Source of the DNA: Octopus vulgaris
Taxonomy: Eukaryota
Length of the DNA: 64,000 nucleotides
NCBI GenBank assembly: GCA_951406725.2
Contig: OX597814.1
Coordinates: 183,954,001-184,018,000 of the forward strand
Direction: 5' to 3'
The translations under genes were made by a program, and so were the position numbers. Below the pieces are notes generated by a model. That model had not been told where the DNA came from. It ran no database searches and was given only the letters and a program-made list of their open reading frames with translations. Positions 25,280 through 38,472 of this stretch are shown in pieces (positions within the stretch are counted from its first letter, which is position 1; each line of letters starts with the position of its first letter).

Positions 25280-25700
25280 TATTACGGAGATGTACTTGCA
25301 TAGCGAGTGACTTGATCTGAGATCGTGTGCTGGAACGAAAACAATTGTAGCGGGGGAAGGTGTTTATAAGCCATTTAAGAAACACACAAAACCGTTAGAT
25401 TCACTTCAACATTTAAATTTAATTTGTCAAAATATTTTCGTCGCTTTGAGACCGCGACCTGTTCACTGACAAAACTTCGTGCTGCATCTCGTGCTAAGAT
25501 GCAGCACGAAGTTTCATTGTGCCTGGGGAGAGTTATTCTCTTTTAGTGCCTTATTACTTAACACCATCACGGGTTCGATTTCGACTCATTCATTTATTTA
25601 ATTTTCTACAAATATAAATAAGTAATTGAGTGGAAATCAAACCGGTGAATGTGTTAAATAATAAACCACTAAAAGAGAATGACTCTCTTGAGACACAAAA
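25280..25700 (-). mobile_element. (TA)n-embedded PLE-related non-coding element with hammerhead motif and fold-back ends; homologues at 37448-37658 and 50395-50500
   Basis: Shared gtttataagccatttaagaaacacacaaaaccgttagattcacttcaacatttaa..tttgtcaaaatattttcgtcgc; hairpin 25472-25514; imperfect inverted repeat 25517-25588/25627-25698. Confidence 0.7.
25423..25473 (-). ncRNA. Minimal type I hammerhead ribozyme, G3-C8 core variant
   Basis: uuuguca-GUGAACA-g-gucgc(ggucucaaa)gcgac-GAA-AAUAUU-U/ugacaaa: 7-bp stem I, 5-bp stem II, palindromic stem III, UUU cleavage triplet. Confidence 0.55.
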
Positions 25701-25839
25701 TATGTGTGTATGTGTGTGTTTGTGCCCTTACAATCTGAGGTAGAATAAATTGCTGGGGAGGTAGACAGCTGTGCAAGGAACAGAAAAGATTAGCTATTTC
25801 AAAAGAAATAATACAAAGTTACATAATATTAAATACGAA

Positions 25840-26036
25840 TTTCAGCAATTTCCAGGGGTAAGTCGGTGATACCGACCTCAGTGTTCAACTGGTACTTATT
25901 CATTGACAAACACATGCTGAGAGGATGAAAGGTAAAGTTGACCACAGCGGAATTTGAACTCAGAACGTAAAGACGAACAAAATGCCGCTAAGCATTTTGC
26001 CCGGTATGCTAACGATTCTGCCAGCACACCGCCTTC
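25840..26036 (-). mobile_element. SINE family B, degenerate
   Basis: ggatgaaaggtaaagttgacc..gcggaatttgaactcagaacgtaaagac..gctaacgattctgccagc. Confidence 0.8.
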
Positions 26037-26241
26037 CGTAATATTAAATATTGACACCAATTTACTCCAAGAAAAATTGAAGTTTCGAGTTCAGTTTGCG
26101 CATAACCAAAAAAGCAGGAAAGACCAGGAATTATAAGAATAGAGAAATTACCCATTCATATTTACAGTAATATCTGTCTCTCTTTTTCGCTTTTTAACTT
26201 TCTCTCTCTGTCGCTCTCTCCGTATATATATATATATATAG

Positions 26242-26361
26242 GCCTGCTCGCTTAGCCAGCGGGGTGGCGTCATTCGAAGGCTAAAACAATGCGAACGCAT
26301 TGTGACCAGCGATGTGTAACAACGTCTGATGGTCTGGCCTGTCATGTGATCATGTGATCAT

Positions 26362-26366
<5 letters not shown>
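26242..26366 (+). mobile_element. 3' tail of an unclassified retroposon ending in (tcatgtga)n
   Basis: GC-richer block between (TA)n runs ending in short tandem tail repeats. Confidence 0.45.
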
Positions 26367-26403
<37 letters not shown>

Positions 26404-26429
26404 TAGATAGATAGATAGATAGATAGATG

Positions 26430-26717
26430 TTGGAGTGGCTGTGTCTTCTGTGGCCGACCAAACCCTTGTGAGTAGATTTGGTAGATGGAAACTGAAAGAA
26501 GCCTACCGAATATATAAATATTTATATGTATGTATTTGCGTGTCTGTGTTTCTCCCCCAGCATCGCTTGACATCCGATGTCGGTGTGTTTACGACCCCGT
26601 AACTTTAGGGTTCGGCAAAACAGACCGACAGAATAAGTACTAGGCTACAATTGATTAAGGCGGTGCTCAAGCATGGCTGCAGTCAAATGACAGAAACTAA
26701 TAAAAGAAATAAAAGAA
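26430..26717 (+). mobile_element. SINE family A, internally deleted
   Basis: ggagtggctgtgtcttc..gccgaccaaa..ggtagatggaaactgaaagaagcc..aggcggtgctc..agtcaaatgac. Confidence 0.8.
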
Positions 26718-27282
26718 TGCATCTATGCATTTCCAAAAATGAGTTTACGGGGTTATATAATCATGACGGTTGCCGTGCTTCGTCTTCGATTTCACGTGTC
26801 GGCCCACCCACAACAGTTCTTTAGTGACACCCGAGTTAACAATAAGTTACAAGACCTTGGTTGTTATCCTCGCTTAGTAAATCCGAGTATCCTTTTCTTG
26901 ACTACATAGTTACTGTAGAGCAAGTAATAGTATTAATAATGACAAAGAGAAAAAGATTTTCCACATCTATAAACAGTTATTTGTAGCATTCTTTTCTAGA
27001 CCTCCGTGCGTTTCAGTTGCAATCGACGCAGATGAAAGGTGTGTAGGTCCAGAAAAGAATGCTGTTAGTGGCTGTTTAATAAAATTATAGATGTGGAAAA
27101 TCTCTTTCTCTTTCTCATTATTTAAACTGTTACTTGCTCTACAGAGACTATGTAATCCAGAAAGGACACTCGGATTTGCCAAGCGGAAATAATAACCAGA
27201 GTTTAGCAATTTATTGTTAACTCGTGTATCACTAACGGTCTGTGATTTGAAAAAAACTCCGTGCTTCCAATCATTATTGATA

Positions 27283-27351
<69 letters not shown>

Positions 27352-27356
<5 letters not shown>

Positions 27357-27562
27357 TACTCTTTTAATTGTTTCAGTCATTTTGACTGCGGCCATGCGGG
27401 AGCACCGCCTTTAGTCGAGCAAATCGACCCCAGGACTTATTCTTTGTAAGCCTAGTACTTATTCTATCGGTCTCTTTTGCCGAACGGCTAAGTTACGGGG
27501 ACGTAAACACACCAGCATCGGTTGTCAAGCGATGTTGGGGGGACAAACACAGACACACAAAC

Positions 27563-27619
<57 letters not shown>

Positions 27620-27790
27620 CATATATACAACGGGCTTCATTCAGTTTCCGTCTACCAAATCCACTCACAAGACTTCGGTCGGCCCGAGGCTATAGTAGAA
27701 GACACTTGCCCAAGGTGCTACGCAGTGGGACTGAACCCGGAACCATCTGGTTGGTAAGCAAGCTATTTACCACACACCCACTCCTACGCC
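27352..27790 (-). mobile_element. SINE family A, full length
   Basis: Matches other copies end to end. Confidence 0.9.
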
Positions 27791-27889
27791 TATATATATA
27801 TATAATATATATATGTGTGTATGTATGTGTGTGTGTGTGTAGAACATTGAGAAGGAACACACGAGTTGATATACATGGTAAAAAGTCAA

Positions 27890-28125
27890 GGTAGAAAATG
27901 CAGCTTCACATGCGTTTTCAGAGAACCTGATATACGCATTAACCGGCTCTGGGTGTCAAGAGCAATACATAGGCCAAACAAAAACAGTCTACGCCAAAGG
28001 ATGACTCTACACAAATCCCAGATCAAAATTCCCAAAAACAGAAAAATAGCATTCAGCAAACACATCGACATTTGCGCCAATAACAAAAATCCAAGCTTCA
28101 GAATTTTTCCCCTTTACCAATTCAG
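27890..28125 (+). pseudogene. Penelope-like element GIY-YIG endonuclease fragment
   Basis: With frameshifts: KCSFTC..ENLIYALTGSGCQEQYIGQT..SLRQRMTLHKSQI..FSKHIDIC..FRIFPLYQF (NLIY...YIGQT...R...H motif). Confidence 0.8.
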
Positions 28126-28440
28126 GGGCTACAACCTGTAGCCAAAAAGAGTAAAAGAGTAAAGAGTATGTATAAGAATAACAGGTTTCAAATTTTGACA
28201 CAAGGTCAATAAGCTTCTTACCACACACCATAGCGTTCCAAAAGCAGCTTTTTGACTTGCTGTGTGACTTAGTAAATTGCTAAATTTCTCTAATTTTCCA
28301 TTCGAAAGGTCCTTGGAAATTTGGGATAAATTTTCTTACATTGAGGACCATTAGTAGTGAATGACTTCAAGTTATAATAAAATGGGATTACGTGTGATGG
28401 TAAAGGACGTAGGGTACGTGACGTCAAATATAATGTATCT

Positions 28441-28482
<42 letters not shown>

Positions 28483-28488
28483 ACACAC

Positions 28489-28529
<41 letters not shown>

Positions 28530-28797
28530 GAAGGTGCACGGTTCAGTGGTTAAGGTGTTGCGCTCACGATTGCGAGATCGTGAGATCAATTCACAATCCG
28601 GCGTTGCGTTGTGTTCTTGAGCAAAGCACTTCATTTCACGTTGCTCTGCGATTATTTCGTCATCTGACATGAGGAACACTGTGCACCTGGACAGGTAATG
28701 TTGAGTTGATGGATGGAGCGAGCTTAACGTGTACAAAAATATTTGATCACTATAAACAAATCATCTGTGTGGTTGTTCGGCAAAAATTGCCGAACCG
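28530..28797 (+). mobile_element. SINE with family-C head and a different 3' half
   Basis: ggttcagtggttaaggtgttg..gcgttgtgttcttgagcaaagcacttcatttcacgttgctc shared with 9117. Confidence 0.7.
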
Positions 28798-29257
28798 TTA
28801 TACGTCGTCTAAAGACGGGAAAGTCCACGACACACATACGTACTCGTTGTTTGAAAAAAGTCCGTTTCCATGTTTTTGTTTTTATGTTTTCGCTTCTCAT
28901 TGTGTTCAACGTTTTTTTTTTTTTTGTATCCTGTACCCATATATGCATGTATATATACATGTAAGATGTAGGTATGTACATATATGTATGTATATATGCA
29001 TATGTTTTATATACTATTTTGTTATTATATGATCGAACGCCACGCATCCACTTCCAAGTAAGTATATATATATATATATATGCACACACATGCTTGAGTA
29101 TTCTATTCTTCTCCGAATTATTGGCTGTGTAAAAGCGTGTATTCTTGTTGTTTACGACGGCTATCTCCATTCTTGTTACTGCGTAAGGTATAGTTTTAGT
29201 TGTTCTAAATATAATCCGATTTTCTGTGAGATTATAATAATAATAATAATAATAATA

Positions 29258-29305
<48 letters not shown>

Positions 29306-29820
29306 GTTATTGTTATTAAATGAGCAGTCGTTGTAGTAGTGGAGATCGTTGTAGCAGAGGTGGTAGAATCATAACTAAAGAAGTTACGTCGAAATCACAT
29401 AAAGTGTTATTATAACACAGCGGAGAAAAGAATTCTTCCATTACAAAAGAAGAACCATCAAAAGCAGATGTTCATTCGTGACAAGGCACATTGAAGTAAC
29501 GTTCTAAGACATGATATTACCATTATTATTATTAACTTTTTTTTTTACCTCTTGAGAAAGAAGCAATAATGACGCTTAGCATTCCTGCTAGGCAGAAAAT
29601 GATATGTAACGACCGTCATGTTGTAATTCTTAATTCAATGATGTCTTGGGGCTTAGCGCGCAAATATTGTCAAGAGATCACTACAGACACATTGGAATTC
29701 AATCGAAATTATTTTCTTCGTGGGGGATTCATGGTTTTGTCAAATCGAGATCATTTCTGATTCTAAGACAATTAGCATCTAAATCTAACGATGACTTACG
29801 CTGAGAAAGAAAAACTGCAG

Positions 29821-29846
29821 AAACAACAACAACAACAACAACAACA

Positions 29847-29915
<69 letters not shown>

Positions 29916-29948
29916 GCTGCCACTACTACTACTGTTGCTGCTGCTGCT
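29821..29948. repeat. (CAA)n(CTA)n(CTG)n microsatellite
   Basis: Direct reading. Confidence 0.95.
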
Positions 29949-32900
29949 TCGAGTTATCTTTTTATTCGTACTCGTACATCAACAGAAAGTTATCAGTAAA
30001 ACCGTGCTGGAAGATTAACGAAAAAAGAAAAAGGAAAAAGAAAAGCTGGGGCTTCAACATCCGCAATAATTTATTTTATTCATATTCACTATATCTTAGT
30101 ATGGAGACAATGGAAAGAGACAAACAGCTCCAAAACATTCTGGAGATATCTCTATCTATGAGCTCTTGTAGCTCTTCAAACCATTTCTCAGAATATAATA
30201 TTCATGTTCAACTTTAATATTCGATCAATATTACTATGGAAACCGTTCGTGTTACTGAATGGCGTGATATTCAGTGCAAATCATAGCATTATAATAACCA
30301 ATTAATACACTCTAAAATGCATTATATCTGTTTTAAGAATATCTGTTATATTTCAAAATCACCTACTACTAACCATTCGAAATTCTTAAATAAACTACCT
30401 CGAAATGGTTTAATTTTTCTCGTTGTTGTTGGAAGTAATATGATGCAGAAGGTGCATTAGGAATACGAGGTGTTTTGTTTTTTTATTATGTTTCGGTTTG
30501 TTGAGAGAAATCTGTGCTCATAGACTTCAGAGATACTTACCGAATTTGAAGGTCGATGCAGCTGATGTTCAGCTCTTGTAGTTACGTTTTCAAGGCGCAT
30601 ACTTGCCGTTAATAATTTTTATTCCTCTGTTATGGCAATATATCATATCTAGAAGTTCATATTGCGTCTTTCCTATGTTTTGAAACTGCAGGCTGGAGTT
30701 TAAATGAGATTTTAGCAACAATTCCTAGCACCCGAGGCGCTCTAAAACGCCATCGTCGACTCGCGATTTTCTATGATAGGATAGAACAATGAACTTATTA
30801 GACTGGTACACAACTTCATAGATAAGAAAACGAACTTTTGCATTAATGGTAGAAGAGCCTGAAATATGTTACAGCTTCATTGTCTACTTATGGTTGCTGT
30901 GTGTTACTGAGTAAAGATGTGTTAGTTGGATGGCCTCACTTAGGGGTAATCTAAAATGCTTTAATATTGAGTGTACTCGAGAATGTTTGAACGAGGACTA
31001 AGTTTATTTGGAAATTCTGATTACTAATGAAAAACGAATCCTAGGCAATTTGCTCGTCATTCTGTGGAACTTGGCAATTAAAAATGTAATGCAAAGAGAT
31101 TAAACCTGTACATTTATTTATTAGAAAAGTGATTGTACCTACTCGACAGCATTACCGATGCTTTTATATAATACAGGGAATATGACATATATTTCTTGCG
31201 TAGTGGAAGTTTGTGTATGTAATGTTGGACAAAAACTAAACGATCTACGCTAGATTCGAACTAGGTGAAGAAAACGACATTTCGTTCTCTGTCTGTGTGG
31301 GAGAAGTAAATTGAAAATAAATGAACCATTGCTCAGATGACTGATGGTTAATTATGGGATTTCTATTAATTCATGTAAAAGTCACAAATCACGGTTCACA
31401 ATCTTATTGATGTTTAAAGCATTCTACACCATCATCGCCGTATGAAAACCAAGACCAGCAACAACGAGACGAAGTTAAACAGCGTTACCAACAGCACTAA
31501 GTTCATCAACAATCGCAACAACGTTATACACTTGTATGAATTCAATTTAGAAACGCCGATTGAGCAAAACAATCGTTGTTTTTATTTCTCTGTAACTAAT
31601 TAGATTTTTTTGAGTTTGTCTACTGTTCGTACGTAACTTTCCATGCAGACCTTGTATTTAATTAAATTTCCAGTTGAATTTTGTTTTTAATTGCGTTCCA
31701 CTCATCAAATTCGAATAGAACGTAACAAACCGCAAAGATAACTCTGATCCTCGCCAGCGTTTAGTTTTCTTTAATCGTTCTCTTAATCTAATAACATTTC
31801 TAATACGCTTAGCCACACAGTATTTCATGTTTCTAGAGCAATATCCATCATTATTTGCCCATTGATGCTGATAACTGCAGGAGAAGCTGATGGCGGAATA
31901 TTTCCAAATTTTACATATCACCCGCTCACACTAGGTTGTTAGAGCATGTATTTGCGTTGAAGTCAATATCTCATGTTTGTGTATTTCTATTTGTGAATAT
32001 CACGTGATACTTCTTACAAGTCCATCGCTCCATCTCCAACGTAAATTATGCGATTTTATGTTTGCTCTTGTGATTTGGACTTAGTTGGTAATCTTAACTT
32101 TGAAATTTTCTGTTTATATATTGAATTTACTGTTGTTTCGCTGCTGCTTTTGTCGTTGTTGCTGCTACATTTATTGATATTTTTAAACAACATATCAACT
32201 CTGTACATACTTTCTAGTCTCCTATATTAGTTAATTTTCTATTTCATTGTTATTTTTATATGCAACAATAGAAGCAAACAATTTATCAAATCAATATTCA
32301 TTTAAGTATTACTGAATAATAATAATTAATGGTTGCGCCATCACAAAATAGGGACTATGTATTTTTCAATGTCATAAAAAAGGAAATCAAAGAACGAGCA
32401 AATAAATAAGTGTTCCATTCATTAAGTGAATTGCTGAACTGATTTGCTTAAAACATATAAGATCGATAGAGCGTTTGTGCAAAGGGAATTAAAGTTAAAC
32501 AGTACTATAATCTAAGAGCAAATGTTTTCTTTAATGAAAAATACAAAATAAAAATCAATTGCTGTGTAAAAATAGTTTGTTGAACCATGTCTTAGCTTCT
32601 TTATGTATATTTTCATTGATGTATTTTTGTATTCTGGTTCTAAGTTGGTTTGTTTGCACAAGAAATTTTAGTGAACAATACTTAGAAAGTCGATTGTTTG
32701 GTTATTATTATTTGAATTCTTTATTATTTATTTAGTTCATTTTGGATATACTGTTTAATATGTTCTTACAAGGGTTGGCAATTGTTGCAATAGCTTGTCG
32801 GTTAAAGAGTTAACGGATCGTATCATATGAACGGCGTTGGAAGATATTCTTGTTTATACACTTAATTCAAAATGGTCTGACCTGAAAAGGCAGTGTGAAA

Positions 32901-34304
32901 AAGTTTCTTACATTAATTAGTTTTACTTACTCATGTATGAAGCTGATAGCTCTTGAAGTCGAGTATTTTCAATTTGAAGTGCCAATCTTCCCCCTGATAA
33001 AACCTAGAAAACTATTGGAATCATACTAAATATACTAGGAAAATACTAAAATACCAATACCAAGAAGTGAAGTAATTGCTTCGGAGCTTTCTTAAAATTA
33101 GCTGATAATACACTCGTATACATACACTAAGGTATGTATCTACATATATTATTAGTGGTTATACTTCAGCGATACGAATATGTAGAGTTAGTTATCTAAG
33201 CGTCGATTTGTGAATAGCATTGCATGTGTATAATAAAGTGCTTTCATAAAATTTTCTCAGATGTATTCTTCACATTTTATAGCAAAATTTTCCAGGATCT
33301 GTTTCTGTAAAATTATTCACTTTTTAAAATCGGGAATTGTTTGACATACAGTGGAAAACATTTTGTTTTCCCCATACTCTGCATCTTATACAGCCTATTA
33401 ATTTCCACATGAATGTAGTTTCCCTAAAAATTGAACTACCATAATTTGGAAGTAAATAGGAAAAGAGTAGAAATTCCAGTTTTTATTAGAAATCATCAGA
33501 AAAAGAAAAACAAAAGAGGAAAAATGAACCCTTCCAAACAAACCTCCGAGAGGACAAAAAATTACAGCAATTATGGGAAGTAAAACGCAGGAATGAGTAA
33601 ACAATGATATCATCACGAAAGATATTCACTTGTTACAAAGAACAGTAAAAATTTTCTCAAATGATATCCTGCCAAATTTTTAAAGAAATGACACCCTGAA
33701 TAATGTCATCTTACACATCCTGAAAAAGTAGCGATTGGTTTTGGTCGGAACGCCTATCATAATTGGAGTCTTCTATTAGCGCGTAATAGGGGATTATACG
33801 AAAATCGAGGCAGCAAGCAGCTAGGGCATCGGCTCTAAATGGATATTAATGCGAAAATCGAAATAGGCACCATAAAGATTTTCATAAATGATTTATTGAA
33901 ATGTCAGATAAATGCTATATGATCTATAATGTGAGTTTTGGTAAATAAATGAAGTAAAATATTTGTGCTTAGACATTATTTACACCAAGGTGAATTGTTG
34001 AATACCAAGTCATTCAATTATCTCAACGTAGTTAGTTTTTTTTACCAAGTTTTTCTACATTATTTTAAGAAGGAAAAGAAAAAACGTTTTCTTGTGAAAC
34101 GCATTATTATTGTGAATGAGAGGTGTCAAATGCATGAAACAACAAAAAGACAAAACAATATAGTACTGTATAAATTTCATATAAATAAAATTTATTACTA
34201 TATATTCACAGAGAGAGATAGAGAGTGAAAGAGAGAGATTAATTGATAAATAAATACATAGACATAGATATGGATATATAAGCATATATCATATATGTCT
34301 TGTC

Positions 34305-34412
34305 TTAGAAGTTAGTTGAAGATGTTTTAGAAGTTAGTTGAAGATGTTTTAGAAGTTAGTTGAAGATGTTTTAGAAGTTAGTTGAAGATGTTTTAGAAGT
34401 TAGTTGAAGATG
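34305..34412. repeat. 22-bp minisatellite ttagaagttagttgaagatgtt x~5
   Basis: Perfect tandem units. Confidence 0.95.
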
Positions 34413-34984
34413 CACGCAGTTTCTTGCACTTATGTATAGAGTTACACGTTCACTCGGTCATATAAAATTTGTAGAAAGAAGTGGTGTATCCGTAACACAC
34501 TGCTTAGGCCATTTCTCACTGGCCAAAATGATCAGGTGGTCGAATAAGTAGCCATAAATATCGTTGCTGTTTGCTAAACAACAACGGTGTAAGAAAAAGT
34601 ATGTGCTCTAGATTTGCAATCATCAAGCGGAAACAACTTAGCGTTACTTATCGAATCGGAAACATGTGACTTTTCAGACGCATTGGTGCTGCCCAGGAGA
34701 CTTTTTCGCATATAGTGTCAACTACATGATAGATCACATCTATGATGAATCTGAAGTAAACGCCCGATTTTTCATCAACATTGGTATCCTGACAAAAATG
34801 CACTATTTCACTTAGCACTGCTTTATAAAATATGATGGTTCAGTAATCTCGTAGATAGATATAAAAATGATTATTCGGAGGAATATTTAAAGTAGAGCAC
34901 CAAATTATCGATAATTAACTTTGAGGACATAACACTAGATTTAATCACAGACGAATGATGCCCTTGCAGAAAACATATATATAT

Positions 34985-35188
34985 ACTCTTTTACTCTTTT
35001 ACTTGTTTCAGTCATTTGACTGTGGCCATGCTGGAGCACCGCCTTTAGTCAAGCAAATTGACCCCAGGACTTATTCTTTGTAATCATAGTACATATTCTA
35101 ACGGCCTCTTTTGCTGAACCGCTACGTTACGGGGACGTAAACACACCAGCATCGGTTATCAAGCGATGGGGATGGGGGACAAACACAG

Positions 35189-35237
<49 letters not shown>

Positions 35238-35300
35238 CGACGGGCTTCTTTCAGTTTCCGTCTACCAAATCCACTCAGAAGTCTTTGGTCGGCCCGAGGC
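34985..35300 (-). mobile_element. SINE family A, head-truncated
   Basis: Tail and body present, stops at ggcccgaggct. Confidence 0.88.
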
Positions 35301-35315
35301 TCTCTCTCTCTATAT

Positions 35316-36815
35316 ATATGAATTTCTGCATGTAAATGAGAGAAAGGGTGATTACAGATGGGTACTCCCGAGTGGTATCTGGGTGTTACTCCATTCGGAT
35401 TTACAGCTGAGTGTGGATATGTACTCTTGTAAACAGACAGCTCCAGTGACTTGTCTCGGCATTGCATCAGTGACATGTGTAGATAGGATGCTAACCGAAG
35501 TCTCCCTAAGTAGCCATTGTGGCAGTCTACAGCATGCTGATAGATGATGGAGTTCGTTTTTGTCTCACTTATATCTATGAAATGGATATGACTTACTTAA
35601 TATAAATTCGATACTCCTACCTGTCTGTTCTACAACTTTGATCTAAAGACCAGCTGTGCGTAGGATCTTCTTAAATATCTTACTTAAATCGTTCTTAGTT
35701 GTGGCGTCAACAAACAGTACCCTGCGAAACTTCTTGTATTATTTTTTTATTTCTATTGTAGGTGTTTCTCTCCAACCCATTCCAGAACTTGTTGCGGTAT
35801 AGTGGGCATATACCGTTTTCATCATGTCTTAGAATGCGTTCGAACCTTGTTTTCGCTCCTTTGTACACTACTTCTATCGTACTGTGTGTAACCGGAACGT
35901 TGCATTCGGTATATGCAGTGCTGGATGTGTTATCGTTCTTGGGATTGGCATTGTACGGGTACGTTCCTCATTACTCTAAGTCGGATACGTGGATGTTGAT
36001 TTTGATTCAAATATGAACACTTTGCTAGATGAAGAACAGATGACAACTATGCAACACTTAGCTGACTCTATTCATAGTAGTATAAAAGTTACTGCAGTCT
36101 ACCCTTCTGAATACCTCGGAAATAGATTACCTGTCCTGGATACTGAGCTGGGGATAGAAGATACTATGATCAACGGAACTGCTTAAACCTCGTTTACTTC
36201 ACTCGCACTATTATAAACCTATGGCTAATCCACTAGTAATCCGTAGTGACTCGGCGATGTCGGGTACTACCAAAATCAACATCCTCGTTGCAGACTTAGT
36301 GTAATAAGGAACGTATCCCTAATATGACAACCACAAGAACGACAACAACACATCCTGCACTACATTTTGACATGTGGTTTCGTTTGATAAAATCACGTGT
36401 CAAATAATTATGTAGTATGTTCTACAATCCCACATGTATACTGTAAAACCAGATTAAGTGACAGGAAGGGACTTATGCGGTTCTCCCAGAGTCCTATATA
36501 GGTGAGACATCTAGGAGTATCAATGACAGGTTCAAAGAATATATGGATAACTACACTGAGAAAAAAACCGAACTCCATCTTTTATCAACGTGCTGTAGAC
36601 TGTAACAATGGCTCTTTACGGAGACATAGGTTAGATAACCTATCTACACATGCCACTGATGCAATGCTGAGACAAGTCACTGAAGCTATCTATATACAGA
36701 AGTGCAAACACAACCTCAACCGTAAATCCGAATGAGGCATCACCCAGATACCACTCGGGAGTACCCATCTATAATCACCCTTTTCTCTAATTTACATGTA
36801 GAAATTCATATATAC
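35316..36815. mobile_element. Penelope-like element remnants as two opposed arms (minus 35316-35980; plus 35990-36815)
   Basis: Plus arm: HLADSIHSSIKVTAVYPS..NRLPVLD..HSHYYKPMANPLVIRSDSAMS..; YIGETSRS (36495-36518); DAMLRQVTEAIYIQ..LNRKSE. Minus arm: RMQRSGY..CPLYRNKFW..VLFVDAT..IKVVEQTG. Both arms end in the same 3' sequence, forming inverted termini. Confidence 0.85.
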
Positions 36816-36830
36816 ATGTTGAGATACATA

Positions 36831-37240
36831 GTGGCTTTATGGTAAGTAGCTTGCTAACCAACCACATGGTTCCGGGTTCAGTCCCACTGCGTGGCATCTT
36901 GGGCAAGTGTCTTCTGCTATAGCCCCGGGCCGACCAAAGCCTTGTGAGTGGATTTGGTAGAGGGAAACTGAAAGAAGCCTGTCGTATATATGTATACATA
37001 TATATATAAGTGTGTATGTGTTCGTGTGTCTGTGTTTGTCCCCCTAGCATTGCTTGACAACCGATGCTGGTGTGTTTACGTCCCCGTCACTTAGCGGTTC
37101 GGCAAAAGAGACCGATAGAATAAGTACTGGGCTTACAAAGAATAAGTCCCAGGGTCGATTTGCTCGACTAAAGGCGGTGCTCCAGCATGGCCGCAGTCAA
37201 ATGACTGAAACAAGTAAAAGAGTAAAAGAGTAAAAGAGTA
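36831..37240 (+). mobile_element. SINE family A
   Basis: Near-complete copy with (gagtaaaa)n tail. Confidence 0.9.
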
Positions 37241-37249
37241 TTTATAATT

Positions 37250-37406
37250 ATAAGGGTAAAATAAATTAATTAATTAATAATTAATAATTCCACCAAGTAG
37301 TGATTCGGTATGTAAAAGACCGTTATCGGTAAATTTAAACAATATTTATTATTATAATAGGGGTTAGGAATTTGTGTAGTGAAGCAAATTCTTTTGCCTA
37401 ACCCTT

Positions 37407-37412
<6 letters not shown>
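37250..37412. mobile_element. (TA)n-adjacent fold-back element, related to 54577-54915
   Basis: aagggtaaaat..accaagta..ggtatgt.aaaaga..ggtaaa..aggg..gtgaagcaaatt..gc..aaccct shared. Confidence 0.55.
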
Positions 37413-37447
<35 letters not shown>

Positions 37448-37450
<3 letters not shown>

Positions 37451-37658
37451 GAGATGCAGCACGGACTTTGTCAGTGAACAGGTCGCGGATTTTAGCGACG
37501 AAAATATTTTGACAAATTAAACTTAAATGTTGAAGTGAATCGAACGGCTTTTGTGTGTTTCTTAAATGGCTTATAAACACCTTCCACGCTGCAATTGTTT
37601 TCGTTTCAGCACACGATCTCAGATCAAATTACTTGCTATGCGAGTACATCTCCGTAAT
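37448..37658 (+). mobile_element. Copy of the 25280 element, opposite orientation, within (TA)n
   Basis: Reverse complement of 25281-25492 with substitutions. Confidence 0.8.
37467..37516 (+). ncRNA. Minimal type I hammerhead ribozyme, G3-C8 core variant
   Basis: uuuguca-GUGAACA-g-gucgc(ggauuuua)gcgac-GAA-AAUAUU-U/ugacaaa; only loop II differs from the 25423 copy. Confidence 0.55.
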
Positions 37659-38195
37659 ATATATATATATTTATGTATATAGTGTATATGGGAGACATAC
37701 GAGAAATAGAAAGGGAAGCATTAAGAAGGGAGAGAGATTTAGATGAAAATACGCAGATGAGTACGAAAATAGACAAAGAGCGGGTAATTAAGAAGAATAC
37801 GTGTAAGGCTTATGCGTAGCTTCCTTATGTATTACTAAATCTACAAAACAATGACGTGTTACCGATATTTGTTCAAATGCAATGCATACGTTTTGTTAAA
37901 ACTAATGGAAATGAAATATATCAGACATGATGGAAGCGAAAGAATATTTAATTAAATGCGCGCCTCGACTTAAAAATACATTCTCGAACACTTAAAGAGA
38001 CACAGTTTTGTATATGAAAAATGTTGCATGCACATAGGAAACGGATTAAAATACTTCTTCATTTATACCCAGAGATGTGTATATAAGTATGTGCGTGCGC
38101 ATGAGTTTGAGTACAAACACATACGTATATAATAAATTGGCATATGTATAAATGTATATATATATACACTAATATATATATATATATATATATAC

Positions 38196-38277
<82 letters not shown>

Positions 38278-38422
38278 AACATATATTAAATAAGCAGTGA
38301 CTACTTCTATATTTCCTCTCTGAAATAAAGATGCATTCATTGATTATTTAATATATGAAGACACATATTTAATTTAGTATATATTAACTTGTAATTTATT
38401 GCAACCATTCCGCTTGTAACTG

Positions 38423-38472
<50 letters not shown>

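Noticed and set aside
34305-34412. CRISPR-like repeat
   Set aside because: Head-to-tail 22-bp units with no unique spacers.
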